A stretch of DNA of 64,000 nt from Eledone cirrhosa (GCA_964016885.1 OZ024754.1:868001-932000), one strand, 5' to 3'; shown: positions 25,888 to 38,624, counted from the first letter of the stretch. Notes: generated from the letters alone by a model not told the origin. Numbers and translations: made by a program.

Positions 25888-26520
25888 CATATATAAAGTT
25901 GTAGTTCCTGTCTGTTTGTTCACAAACTCCTCCTATGGTTTTGGAGATAGACCCCCATAACCATATATATTCTGAAACTACATTTCCCAGGGTACTTGGA
26001 TAAGTATATTTCATTTTAATCAAAGGATTCCCCGGGGCACAAACCCCCGCTGAAAATTTTTTCCCTTCGATTTATATGAAATTTAAACCATAGGTAAATG
26101 ACAAGATATGATGCCTATTCACAAAATTTCAGCAAATTTCAATAATATTAAGATACCCTAATGGGGGTTAAATCCCCTATAGTGAAAATTGTGGAAGCCC
26201 ATAACTTGAGTATTGGAACTTGGAATTTCTAATTTGAAAATAATGCTTTACACAAAAATGAAATGATTAAGTTTTGAATTGATATTTTGAAAAAAATTAT
26301 TTACAAGAAACGAAATAAGAATAAGATTTAATAATGCAATTTTGATTTGATATATTACAAAAAAATAATGTTTTCCAATTTTTCATACATTACATTTTAC
26401 ATTGAGTAATATTGAAATGCAGAGTTTTTCTCCATAAATTATATCACTGATTTAAAATCAATCATCATTTTCTTACAAAAAAATGTGTGAAACGCAGCAA
26501 GGTGCAGGTAATTCGGCTAG
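25888..26520 (+). mobile_element. Probable non-autonomous Helitron
   Basis: Starts TATATAAAG..CTGTCTGTTTGT and ends GCAGCAAGGTGCAGGTAATTCGGCTAG|T (short GC-rich hairpin then CTAG). No TIR or TSD seen. Confidence 0.6.
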
Positions 26521-26561
26521 TATATATATATCATCATCATCATCATCGTTTAATGTCTATA

Positions 26562-27887
26562 TATAGCTGAATCAATGGCCGAGCTAGAGAAGAAATTCCA
26601 AACATGGAAGCACGGCCTAGAATCAAAAGGCTTTAAAATTAACCTGGCTAAGACTAAAGTTCTAGTTTGTAGGAAAGAAAATAAGGCGCCGGTCCCTTCC
26701 GGGAAATGGCCATGCTCAGTGTGTAGGAAAGGCGTAGGTAGAAACTCCATTTTATGTCTCAAATGCAAAGTATGGGTGCATAAAAGATGTAGTGGGATCA
26801 CAGGTAAGCTAACTAAGAACACAGATTTTACATGTGGCTGGTGCTCTGGTGCAATAAGTAGCAGCAAGTGCCCACAAAATACTAGCTCTTTCAACTGCGC
26901 AGAGGGTTCTATAGAAATAGTGGATAGCTTCCGTTACCTGGGTGACAAAATCAGCAGTGGGGGAGGGTGCTCTGAAAGTACAGTAGCTAGAGTCAGAACT
27001 GGATGGAAAAAGTTCAGAGAGCTTATACCACTATTAGCCGCTAAAGGGTTCTCCCTAAAAATGAAAGGCAGGTTGTATGATGCTTGCATACGAACAGCAA
27101 TGTTGCATGGCAGTGAGACCTGGGCATTGTGTGCAGAGGATATACGCAGACTAGAGAGGAACGAAGCTTGCATGCTCCGCTGGATGTGTAATAGTAATAT
27201 ACGCGAACGGCAAAGCATAAACGAACTAAAGAAAAAATTAGAAATAAGAGGGATCAGATGTTGTTTACTCGAGAGAAGGCTACGTTGGTATGGTCACGTG
27301 ATGCGCATGAAAGACGACAGCTGTATAGCAAAGTGCAGGGCAATAAAGATAGACGGTAGCCACGGAGTAGGCAGACCCAGAAAAACCTGGGACGACCTGA
27401 TAAATTCCGACCTCACACACTTACACCTCTCCAAGACAATGTCACTGGACCGAGACCTTTGGCGGTACTTAGTAATAGAGAAGACCCGCCTTACCTAAAT
27501 ACAAAGTAAAACCTACTACAGTCAGTAGGCATCTCTAACAAAATACACCCCCGTCCCACCACCCCCACCCCATCCACACCGTCCTTTCAATGTAAAGTTA
27601 TGTTGGTGCCACAAAATCCAGGCCGACACAAATGAGATCGTGTAGGTGTCACGACAAAAAAAAAACACACAGTCCACGCTGTAATGTGGCCGTGTAGGCA
27701 ACACGGTAAAAACCTCCCAGCCCCACACTGTAAATGTGGTTGGTGTTAGGAAGGGCATCCAACTGTAGAAAACCTGCCAGACAGTCCTATGCGAGCAAGA
27801 CAACCACTCTTGCCTCAAGTGGGAAAACTCCCGTCCAAACCCATGCAAGCATGGAACATGGACGTTAAACGATGATGATGATGATGA
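26562..27887 (+). mobile_element. 5'-truncated RTE LINE with an intact 307-aa C-terminal ORF segment, 3' UTR and (GAT)n tail
   Basis: ORF 26575-27498: NLAKTKV, PHD-like finger, FRYLGD, MLHGSETW, RRLRWYGHV, GRPRKTW. Confidence 0.92.
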
Positions 27888-28625
27888 TATATATATATAT
27901 ATATATATTATAATTATTATCGTTCATTTGTCACCACAAAGTAGATATTTTGGTTTTCTCTTTGAAATAAACCACGCTGGACCCCACGCCATGATGGCTA
28001 TCTCATCTATTCCTTTCTTTCACTCATTCATTTTGGTGTCTAGGAAGATAGGCGGCTTTTCAAATTCTATCAATGGATTTTTAAAGATTTCCAACTTATG
28101 TCCCAGCCATCCATAGATTATTCTCACCACCACAGGTATTTCTCCTTCCCAATTTGAAAATGTTCTGTATACATTATTTGACGCATTGAGTTACGGCCCT
28201 TGCTATTCTGAGTTCAAATGCCGCCGCGGTTAACTTTGCCTTTCATCCTTACGGGGGTCGATAAAATAAAGTACCAGTAATGCACTGGGTAATTGCTGGC
28301 CTTGTGCCTAAAGTAGAAACAATTATTATATTATTATCGTTCGTTTGTCACCCAAAGTATATATTTCGGTTTTCTCTTCGAAATAAACCATGCTGGACCC
28401 CAATGCCATGATGGGTATCTATCTCACAATTTCCCTCCCGCCCACCTCCCCACACCACCATAGGCTCTTCAACCAATCAAATCACAGCAACATGTCCTCA
28501 TCCATTACCAGCCCCAACATATCCTGCCATTACTACTACTGTCTTTCTAGCCCTGCACCAAAGAATTCCTGTTTATCGTTAGCTATGGATGTGCTGAGGA
28601 TAATGGAACAACCCCGAATAAATAC

Positions 28626-29720
28626 ATGAGTATGAATCCACGAATTACCAAGCACCCACGCGAAGCTTTAATTCAGAGACAGAAAGCATACACACTCCCC
28701 CACAAAAATCCCCCCATTCCCACGAGTAATGGCCAATGCCCCAAACTCCGGATTGGCACCATCAACGTAAGCACAATGAAAGGAAGAGCAGGAGAAATCA
28801 TAGAGATGTTAGAGCGAAAGGAAATTGACATATGCTGTGTGCAAGAGACTAGATGGAGGGAAGGGTCTGCTAGGATCCTCGTTGGTAAAAAACAGTGCTA
28901 TAAATTTTTCTGGGTGGGAAATGACAACGGGATGGGTGGTGTGGATATACTATTAGCTGACAAATGGATAGATAAGGTAATCTCAGTAAACAGAGCAAAT
29001 GCAAGAATCATTAAACTCAGACTAGTCCTGAATAAAACAATTGGTACAATCATATCAGCTTATGCACACCAATCGGGGTTGCCAGACGAACTTAAGGATA
29101 GGTTTTACAAGTCCTTAATGCACACTACTGCCCTAACAAACGACAATGACTTCCTAATCATTGCGGGAGACTTTAACGGACACATTGGGAAACACTGTAC
29201 AGCTTCTATAGAGTCTATGGAGGCTACGGGTTTGGCGCAAGAAACGAAGAAGGCTTCAGGCTTCTAGAATTCTGCGACGCCAATGACATGTCGATATGTA
29301 ACACAAACTTCAAAAAACCCGACAACCATACGATCACCTATAGATCAGGGCAGCATTCTAGTCAGATAGATGAACAGTTGTAAACACAAAAAGCCTTTCC
29401 TGGTGAGGAATGTACCTCCCAACATAACTTAGTTGTCAGCGACCTCATTGTCAGAACTAGAGTTACTTGGAAACAGAAGGCAACCTGGAGAAGAAAGATC
29501 TGGAAGCTGAAAGACCCCTCAGCTAGTAACAGATTTTAAGGATATCTTACTCGACGCCTATGACAGTAAAGAAGAACATTAGAGACATTCAATGTAGAAA
29601 AGCACTGGGAGTTCCTAAAAAATAACTTACTAAAGGCGACGGACGAGATTTGTGGTTGGAGCAAGACCACAGGGAGGAGGAGAGTGACTTGGTGGTGGAA
29701 CAATAAGATAGATGAGCATA
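28626..29720 (+). mobile_element. RTE LINE 5' part: AP endonuclease domain, frameshifted
   Basis: LRIGTINV, ICCVQETRW, IISAYA, AGDFNGHIG, and later QH.LVVSD and VTWWWN. Confidence 0.9.
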
Positions 29721-30602
29721 GGCAGAGATGATTGTCAGTAGTCTCTTGCCTACAACTAACCTAAGCTTAATTATTATATTACTAACTCTAACTACCTCTA
29801 TTGTGCTGTGTTCCTCTGATCTTCCCGTCGCAGAAAGACCCCTCTCACGAGGAGGAAGGTGTCTTTATCTACAATTTGGTTCAAGTTTTAAACAATTTAC
29901 AATTGTTGTAACGGTTAAAAATTACTATACCTTGATCTTCCCGTCGCAGAACATTGGCAAAGCTCCTACTCTCAGCCTCCCTGCATCCTAAGTACACCTG
30001 ACGTCTAGCTTCTCTCTTAGCGGCTGCATATCCTTCTCTACTCTCACCATTTTTCCAAGCGTTCCATACTAGTCTTTTGTCTCTAATGGCCCTATCTACT
30101 GTATTTTCCTCGCCACTGTTGCTGCTGCTACTGTTATTACGGCTGCTGTTTTATGACGTCAGATGAATGAAATGGCTTTCCGTATTTACCGCACACATCT
30201 TTCGTTGTTGTCGTTGTTGTTGAGAAATGTTCCACGGTACGCGCGTTCTCTTGATGAAGAACGCTACGAGAAACTACATTTTCTTTTTCTTTAATGGCGT
30301 CGCTTGCGAAAGAGGCGACACCACATTTAGAGAAGGGAGGGAGTGGGAGTGACTTGTGAAAATTCTTTTTTGTAGCCATGTTTTTTTTACGGTTTAAAAT
30401 GAATATTGGGCACAAAACCCCAATAACTGGTTATTTAACCCCGAAGGGCCAAATAACGGGCAGAAAGACCCCCTATCACGAGGAGGAGGGTGTCTTTATC
30501 TATAATTTGGTTCAAGTTTTAAACAATTTACAATTGTTATAACGGTTAAAAATTACTATACCTTACAGAGCTGAGCCTCCGTCAACCATGGCATTCAATA
30601 AT

Positions 30603-30792
30603 AATAATTGTTTCTACTTTAGGCACAAGGCCAGCAATTACCCAGTGCATTACTGGTACTTTATTTTATCGACCCCGTAAGGATGAAAGGCAAAGTCAAC
30701 CTCGGCGGGATTTGAACTCAGATCGTAAAGGGACGTAACTATGCTGGAAAGCATGGCGTCCGACCCTCTACCGATACTGCCAATCCACTGCC
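30603..30792 (-). mobile_element. SINE family A; further minus-strand copies at 37840-38025, 38030-38237, 52096-52286, 61750-61935, 63450-63555, 63570-63797 and 63817-63935; plus-strand copies at 28185-28325 and 35050-35250
   Basis: Near-identical to the reverse complement of 6651-6843, with intact B box GAGTTCAAATCC. Confidence 0.85.
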
Positions 30793-30926
30793 ATTCAATA
30801 ATAATAATAATAATATGTTGGGATATCTATGTTCTTTATTTTTAAATAGATAAAATGTTTCACGGTTAATAATTTAAAAATTAAGATTGTCAGATATTAA
30901 AATTCTCGTCTTTTGATTAAACAACA

Positions 30927-31073
30927 CTACCCAAGAAGTAAAAACATATCCCCACACTTAGCTTTTATGTGAAAGTCAAGATAATTTCCACCACGTATAT
31001 TGCCAATGTTTATTGCCCCAATTTGTTTTTTCTGTTTATGAGCAGCAAGGAGAATTCTGTAGCTAGAATAAAC
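30927..31073 (-). CDS. SIRT4: SIRT4 exon 3 (not in the ORF track)
   Basis: ctcatag|GTT to stop TAG. Encodes VYSSYRILLAAHKQKKQIGAINIGNIRGGNYLDFHIKAKCGDMFLLLG*. Minus-strand AATAAA at 30835-30840. Confidence 0.88.
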   Translation of the reverse strand, partial: VYSSYRILLAAHKQKKQIGAINIGNIRGGNYLDFHIKAKCGDMFLLLG

Positions 31074-31140
31074 CTATGAGAAAATATAAACACTTTAGAA
31101 TGACAACAATATAAAAAAAATAAAAAAAATGTTTTAAATG

Positions 31141-31460
31141 TACTCTCGGGTGCCGAATAATAGTGGAATAATAGTTGGAATAAGCAGGGGATCGGTAATT
31201 TTTCTAGGTTGTCTCCCTTGATTTTATATTTATCATTATAACATATGGGAATTCTGGTAATGTACTTCTATTGTCATGTATAAAGAAAATTAATTATCGC
31301 AGGAATGCTACCACTTAAAATAAAATTTTGCCGGAGATAGATTGGAAAAATTTAATAAGCGGGGATAGGTTGGCGTGGAATAAGAGGGGAGGTGTTGCAA
31401 AAAATCTGAAAAATTAATGAGCGAGGTGGGAGTGGAGCGGTTATTTGAGACCCGAGAATA
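31141..31460. mobile_element. TA-flanked MITE (Tc1/mariner-like); other copies at 51758-52086 and partial at about 35385-35678
   Basis: TIRs TACTCTCGGGTGCCGAATAA / TTATTTGAGACCCGAGAATA and shared internal sequence. Confidence 0.7.
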
Positions 31461-32189
31461 AAAACATTATTAAAATTGATAATCTGAAAATAAATAAGAT
31501 ATGAAATAAGGGAGAGAACTGCGCCTGGAAAAAATTAGCTGGGATATTGTCCACGACAGATATTAACTCATCACAAATTAGTTGTGAATGCAATGTCTTT
31601 TCTATGTTTTTGAGATACGCTAATATTAAATCAAACTCCTATTATTAGTAATACAATCACCAACAACAGAAGTTTAGCTGAAATAGGGCTGATAGATTTA
31701 AACCCAATCTGGTAGAGATTCATCGTTTTAATATGTCCTTCCAGGCTTGCATATGTTGGGTGAAAGCCAGAATTTATTCTGATTTCACAAAACAGTAAGT
31801 GACTGAGAGTTCTGCAAACTTATCTGTTCTAATATACTCAACTAATTTGACTAACCAACCTCAAAATAACTTTCTATATTCACTGGCACCAGCTGCTAGA
31901 TGCTTTCTCAACTGTTTCAATAATTCCATGTTATAACATGTCACTCATTCTTCCCTTCTGTCAAAATTAAGTGCAAGTGCACTTATAACCAGATCAGACC
32001 AAATCTGACCAGATCAGAGATGGAACCATGTTAACTCGTTGGCTTGGATTTACTCACCACAACTTCCAATACTTTCTCTTCAGTTTCATGTAAATACATC
32101 ATGTATATATAAATATATCTATAACCCATATATAGATTACATGTATCTAGTACTGATCATTCAAATACTTAATATGCAGTTTGAAATGA

Positions 32190-32683
32190 GGTCCACATTT
32201 CACATCTGACCCAGACCTATTACCAGCTTTGGAAGCTCACATTTCACATCTGGCCCAGACCTATTGCCAGCTTTGGAAGCTCACATTTCACATCTGACCC
32301 AGACCTATTACCAGCTTTGGAGGCCCACATTTCACATCTGACCCAGACCTATTACCATCTGTGGAAGCTCACATTTCACATCTGGCCCAGACCTATTGCC
32401 AGCTTTGGAAGCTCACATTTCACATCTGGCCCAGACCTATTACCAGCTTTGGAGGCCCACATTTCACATCTGACCCAGACCTATTACCAGCTGTGGAAGC
32501 TCACATTTCACATCTGGCCCAGACCTATTGCCAGCTTTGGAAGCTCACATTTCTCATCTGGCTTGGACCTATTATCAGCTTTGGAGGCCCACATTTCACA
32601 TCTGACCCAGACCTATTACCTGCTGTGGAGGCCCTCATTTCACATCTAGCTTGGACCTATTACCAACTTTGGAGGCCCACATT
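32190..32683. repeat. 44-bp minisatellite, about 11 copies, in SIRT4 intron 2
   Basis: Unit CACATTTCACATCTGACCCAGACCTATTACCAGCTTTGGAAGCT. Confidence 0.95.
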
Positions 32684-32744
32684 TTATAGTCTTATATTAA
32701 TCATTCATTATAAGAATATGAAAGAAAGCAGAAACAAGATAAGT

Positions 32745-33125
32745 GGCTGAAATGGGGTTCATTTGAAGTGTCTTTGGAGTCACATTACTTGATAGAATAT
32801 ACGGATCGGAGATCAGAGAGTTGTTCTATGTAGAGTAGCAACTTTTCTGAATTGAGAGATCATAGCTCTGATACTATGGAGATGTGTTTAGAATGTCCCA
32901 TGGAAGAATCACCAGACAGATTTTACAGGAAAAATCAACTGCCAGGAGACCCAAGGGTACACCAAAAGCAAGATGGTTGGATAACATCCATGAGCTTGGC
33001 TGGTCTCACTTGGGTATCTAGCCCAATGAATTGGAGAAGGTTACTTCTGACAGGACTTGCTGCAAAGAGTGTTTGAAGACTCTGCCCCCATGACCCTCTC
33101 AGGAATAAGTGGGCAAAGAAGAAGA
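32745..33125 (+). mobile_element. 3' fragment of a second RTE family (same family as 57530-58838)
   Basis: Matches GCTGAAATGGGGTTC...GGAGATCAGAGAG...GCAAGATGGTTGGATAACATCCATGAGCTTGG. Confidence 0.75.
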
Positions 33126-33259
33126 CAAAGAATATATATATATATATATATACTGTAGTGTAAGTTTAGTAGAAATATCCAAGAGCACTCAGTCCATAGG
33201 ATGAGTTAAGTATAATTAGTTACAACAGTGACATATATGTCACTGTTGTAACTAATTAC

Positions 33260-33315
<56 letters not shown>

Positions 33316-33384
33316 ATTTCCCACATATCTCCCTACTGAGTTTGTAAAATATTTGAATTAGACAAGGACAAAAAAATAACATAC

Positions 33385-33528
33385 CTGAAGTGATGACCCA
33401 AGTATCAATAAAGCATCACTTTCATTGATTTTATCATATACAAAGTTCACCATGGATTTCTCCACATTGTCACCAAAGAACACTACCTCGGGTTTCAATA
33501 TGCCTCCACAGTTTGGACAGGGGGGAAC
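33385..33528 (-). CDS. SIRT4: SIRT4 exon 2 (not in the ORF track)
   Basis: ttatag|GTT to CAG|gtatgt. Encodes VPPCPNCGGILKPEVVFFGDNV...DALLILGSSLQ. Confidence 0.93.
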
Positions 33529-34548
33529 CTATAAAACATGAAAATGTAATCTATTCATTAGAGTTGATGAATGCAAGATTGAGTACTCAACACTATATTA
33601 GAGATTAATGGTGGTTGAGCCTGTTGACAAGAGGAGGCACTCTATGGCACTGCACACCCATCCTATCCAAGGCTGGATTTAATGGGGTGGGGTGGGGAAA
33701 AGGAGGCAATTGTTAAAAACTCAAAACTATAACGAGGATGTCTGTTAAGTTCAATTTAGATTCTGTAGACATTGTTGTTCTTTGTACTGACCTGTACAAG
33801 CCCTTAGGTGTAACAAAAACACACAACGAGGCACAGAGAGAGAAAGAGAAAGGTGGCGTAGGTGAGAAGAGAGATTATATGGTCACTAAATTTTTAAGAA
33901 TTAGCAGTAAAATTGCCCTCAAATCAAACCCAACTGTCTTTAAAAAAAGACACATTAACCCTTTAGCATTTAAACTGGCTGTATCAAGCCAGAATTCTCT
34001 CATCTCTGTATGTTCAAACTGGCTGTAATCAGTCACTCATACTGATGTTAAGGTGTTGTTCTCAAAATAAATAATATCAAAATTTCATAGATTTGATATT
34101 ACGTGAGATAATTACGATAGTAAATACGTTAAAATACAATAGTATATATAGAGTAATGTAAATGCTAACGGGTTAAATAATTCCAGAAAAACGAACAAAT
34201 AAATGAAGATGGAAGGGTTGTAACTGGAATGTTTTTGAATATCGTTGACAAGAGACCTGGGTGAGGTGGAGGTAGAGGAGATATTTTAGTGCTTGGACTG
34301 ATAAAACACGTTTAATTGTGGCAGATGTTGGCTGAAACCTCCATAAGATGTGTACCTGTGTGTTGTTGTCAGGGGCCAGAACAAAGAGGCCAGGTGGGCC
34401 AGTTGGAATGGACATACAGCTTTAAGAGGACCGAGTGTGTGTGTGTTAGTGTGTATGTGTGTGTGTGTGTGGGGGGGGGGGTTCATAAAGAATTACCTAC
34501 ATTTAAAACGTTCTAGTAATTTTATTCTGTTCTGTTGCAAATACACAA

Positions 34549-34730
34549 TGTGTACTACATGTACTTGTATTGTAATTCATACATGAATCATGTATTTAAG
34601 CATTGGTTATTAAAATACTTCATGAGCTGTGTGAAATATAGGCTATATTTTACATGGCTCATTAAGTATTTTAATAACCAATGCTAAAGAGCATAATTTA
34701 TGTATGGATTATGAGTACATGTAGTACACA
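34549..34730. repeat. Imperfect palindrome of about 180 bp (hairpin MITE-like)
   Basis: TGTGTACTACATGTACT...AGCATTGGTTATTAAAATACTT / AAGTATTTTAATAACCAATGCT...AGTACATGTAGTACACA. Confidence 0.8.
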
Positions 34731-35704
34731 AGCCTGGTTGTTGTTTAGCTATAGGTCAGCTCTGATTGAGCAAACCTAATTTTAAAGGCTTTCCAGTCAG
34801 ACCAGTTCAACTTATTATTTTTTAACCATAGTGTATTTCAGAATCCATACACCTAACCCTTTAGTCAACTACACTAAGTTGCTAAAATTTGGGCCAGGTC
34901 TCTGTCTGCAGATAACTCTCTCCTTTTTTCCAAATCTGGGAGGCCCCATAAAAGAAAAAAAAAGAATGTGACTCTCACCTACCCCCAAGAAGCCTTTTTT
35001 TAAAATGAAGATTTAGCTACTCAAAAGCATTGTCAGCATTAATTAATTGTCAGTATCGGTAGAGTGTCGGACAACATGCTTAGTAGCATAGAGTTAAGGC
35101 TCTTTATGTTCTGAGTTCAAATCCCGCCAAGGTTAGCTTTACCTTTCATCCTCCAGTGGTTGAAAAAATAAATACCAGTAATGTACTAGGGTCAATTTAA
35201 TCAACTTTCCTCTTCCCCAAAAATTGTTGACCTTGTGCCTAAATCAGAAAGCATTAATTTTTATAGTTATTATATAAAAGTGTGTCTGTCATTGGTCCCA
35301 GACCACCTGTCTACAGAATATCCTCTATTCACCCAAGGGTGGCTTGCAGGCTGGGTAATGAAGTAATTCTCCCTGCGTTGAGAATCGATAATTTTTCTAG
35401 GTTGTCTCCCTTGATTTTTTAAAAACCAGAATTAATCGTTTAGTTTACATATTGAGACCCCAAACCATCCTTTTTATTTTATAACATATGTGATTTCTTG
35501 TAATGTTCTTTTTTTTGTCATGTATAATGTTTCTTAATGAAAATTAATTGCCGCAGGAATGGTACCACTTAAAATAAAATTTTGGCAGAGATAGATTAGC
35601 AAAATTTTATAAGTGGGGAAGTTGGAAAAAAATCTGAAAAATTAATAGTGGGGAGGGAAGCGATTATTCGAGACCTGATAATATATATATATGTTTGTGT
35701 GTGT

Positions 35705-37243
35705 ATCATCATCATCATTTTACGTCCGCTTTTCCCTGCTTGCAAGGGTGGGACGGATCTTATTCAGCACAGCATCTCTCCACTTGTCACGGTCCTTCGT
35801 CATCTTCACCGTGAGCTTCAGCGATCTGAGGTCTGTTCTCACCACCTCCGCCCATGTTTTTGGCATTTCCTGGCACTTCTTCACCCATCGGTCATCCTCC
35901 ATGCGCATCACATGTCCATACCACCGCAGTCACCTCTCTCGCATACTACATTCTATCCCTCTCAGCACATCCATGCTGGGTCGTTCACGCACATTGACAT
36001 TGCACATCCAACGGAGCATGCTTGCCTTATTTCTCTCCAGCCGTCGCTGCCCATGTCTCACTACCATGCAGCATCGCGCTCCTCACACAGGCATCATATA
36101 GCCGGCCTTTCGTACGCAGGGAGAAACCCTTCTTCGTCAGCAGAGGAAGCAGCTCCCTAAACTTCTTCCAACCCGTCCTTATTCTAGATACTATGGCCTC
36201 GGAACCCCCGCCTCTCATGCTAATCTGATCTCCTAGGTACCGGAAGCTATCCACCACTTCTATAGCACCCATCTGCATTTGAAAAATGTATCTATCAATG
36301 TCTAATTTCCTGTACATCTACTGCATACGTATTTGTCCCTACCTGTTAGTTTGCCTGCTATCCCACTACATCTCTTGTGTACCCAGGATCTGCATTGTGT
36401 GCATTTTATAGAATTTATGCCAGTTCCTTTTCTGCATATCGAACATGGCCATTTCCCTGATGGAATCAAAGTTTTGTCCTCTTTTCTACTCATCAACACT
36501 TTTGTCTTAGCTAGGTTCACTCTCAGTCCTCTTGCCTCCAACTGCTGTTTCCATAGCCAGAATTTATTCTCTAGCTCCTCTACTGATTCTGCTATAAGAA
36601 CCAGATCGTCAGCATAGAGAAGTTCCCATGGACAGCCAATCTTAAACTCCTGTGTTATGGCTTGGAGGACTATAATGAACGAGAGCGGGCTGATGACCGA
36701 ACCTTGATGTACTCCTACTTGTATCTGGAATTCCTCACTAAACTCCATTCCTACCCTGACTTAACTGACAGCACCTCTGTACAAAGTTTGCACTGTCCTC
36801 ACAAGCCATTCCTCAACACCTAGTTTCCTTAGGGACCACCAGATGACAGATCGGGGTACCCTATCAAAGGCCTTCTCTAGGTCAACAAAAGCTAAGTATA
36901 GTGGCTTATTCTTCTCTAAGAACCTCTCTTGTAATTGTCTCACAAAGACGAGGGCATCTGTTGTACTTTTCCGAGGCACAAAACCAAACTGCATCTCATC
37001 TAGTTTAACCCTTTCTCTAATTAGTTGCGCTAATATCCTTTCTGCCACTTTCATAACCTGATCCATCAGTTTTATACCCCTATAATTGCTCCTCTCCAGA
37101 GCATCCCCTTTACCTTTGTAGCAATTTATGAGAATACTGATGCACCAGTCTTTGGGTATGACACCATCATATATAGCCTGATTGATAATGCGTGCAACCA
37201 GTTTAGTGCCTACGTCCCCTGATGCCTTCAGCATCTCAGCAAC
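35705..37243 (-). mobile_element. RTE LINE (RT, PHD-like finger, tail) in SIRT4 intron 1; same subfamily as 53395-56424
   Basis: NYRGIKL, QFGFVP, FVDLEKAFDRV, GVHQGS and LLYADDLVL motifs; near-identity with the PHB2 intron copy. Confidence 0.92.
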
Positions 37244-37597
37244 TATATAAATATATATATATGTGTATGTGTGTATGTATGTAAGGTTTCGGTTGTAATA
37301 CAAAAATGGTTAATTGCATAATAACATTAACAGTACAGGGTAACAAAAGTATAGTTTTAGCATAAAATATAGTTTTGAACAGGAACAAGTGTTTGCTAAT
37401 ACTTGAAAGGTAGAAAATGAAAAAATAAAAATAACGATTCACCAGATTAATTGGGTTAGGATTCCTTTGTCAGCTCGTGTGTATGAGAGTATATATATAT
37501 ATATCAGGAACTAGCTGTTGAAACGGCAAGAGATCAGTTGTCGGGGCCCAAATTTTTATAATATAACCATACTCTGATACCCCATTCTGATATATTC

Positions 37598-37642
<45 letters not shown>

Positions 37643-37737
37643 CGGAAAAAACGAAACGAAATTACTTATATATATATATAATTTCATTACTTATATATAC
37701 ATACTTATATATATATATATATATATATACATACATA

Positions 37738-37805
37738 CAGGGTGTCCAAAAAATATATACACACTTCAACACCATTCTAATAAATGTGTATACATTTTTT
37801 GGGAC

Positions 37806-37811
<6 letters not shown>
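37738..37811. mobile_element. 74-bp Tc1/mariner-type micro-MITE in (TA)n
   Basis: TA|CAGGGTGTCCAAAAAATATATACAC ... GTGTATACATTTTTTGGGACACCCTA|TA. Confidence 0.7.
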
Positions 37812-37844
<33 letters not shown>

Positions 37845-38311
37845 GTTTCTACTTTTGGCACAAGGCCAGCAATTATCCCAGTGTATTACTGGTACTTTAT
37901 TTTATCGACCCCGTAAGGATGAAAGGCAAAGTTAACCTCGGCGGGATTTGAACTCAAACCATAAAGGGCCGTAACTCTTTGCTGCAAAGCATGGCGTCCG
38001 ACCCTCTACTGATACTGCCAATCCAATAATGATTTCTAGTATAGGCACAGGCCAGTAATTTTGGGGGGGGGGGGGAGTCGATTAAAACGACCCCACTACG
38101 TTACTGGTGCTTTATTTTATCGACCCCGTAAGGAGGAAAGGCAAAGTTAACCTCGGCAGGATTTGAACTCAGAACGTAACTCTATGCTGCAAAGCATGGT
38201 CTCCGACCCTCTACCGATTCTGCCAATCCACCGCCCTATATATAATGAAAATTATTGTGTACAGTGCTCAAACATATATACACACATTCATATATAGATA
38301 CATACATATAT

Positions 38312-38342
<31 letters not shown>

Positions 38343-38406
38343 CATTATCGAGCCCTCTTTGGATTTTAGTCTTCAAATTTATTATTATTACTATTATTAT
38401 TATTAT

Positions 38407-38451
<45 letters not shown>

Positions 38452-38480
38452 CAGAAAGTGAACAACACAAAATATAACTA

Positions 38481-38548
38481 CTCCATTACCAAAGGTTTCT
38501 GGATCCCAGACAATAATAATATACGTCTGGATCGGTCGTCAGACAGAG
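38481..38548 (-). ncRNA. Type I hammerhead ribozyme, sense to SIRT4 intron 1
   Basis: Minus strand reads CTCTGT CTGACGA CCGATCCAGAC...GTCTGGGATCCA GAAA CC TTT GG TA ATGGAG; GUA triplet. Confidence 0.78.
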
Positions 38549-38624
38549 ATGTTCTAATTAAATAGCTCTGTTCTACACATAGTGCACTCTTTTTTCCTTT
38601 ACTTTTCCTTCTGAATTACCTAAA

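Noticed and set aside
25811-26023. ORF ending KIIQLAILKI as a candidate SIRT4 last exon
   Set aside because: A much better exon with a proper acceptor and VYSSYR..NIG..KCGD was found at 31073-30927. This ORF overlaps a Helitron-like repeat.
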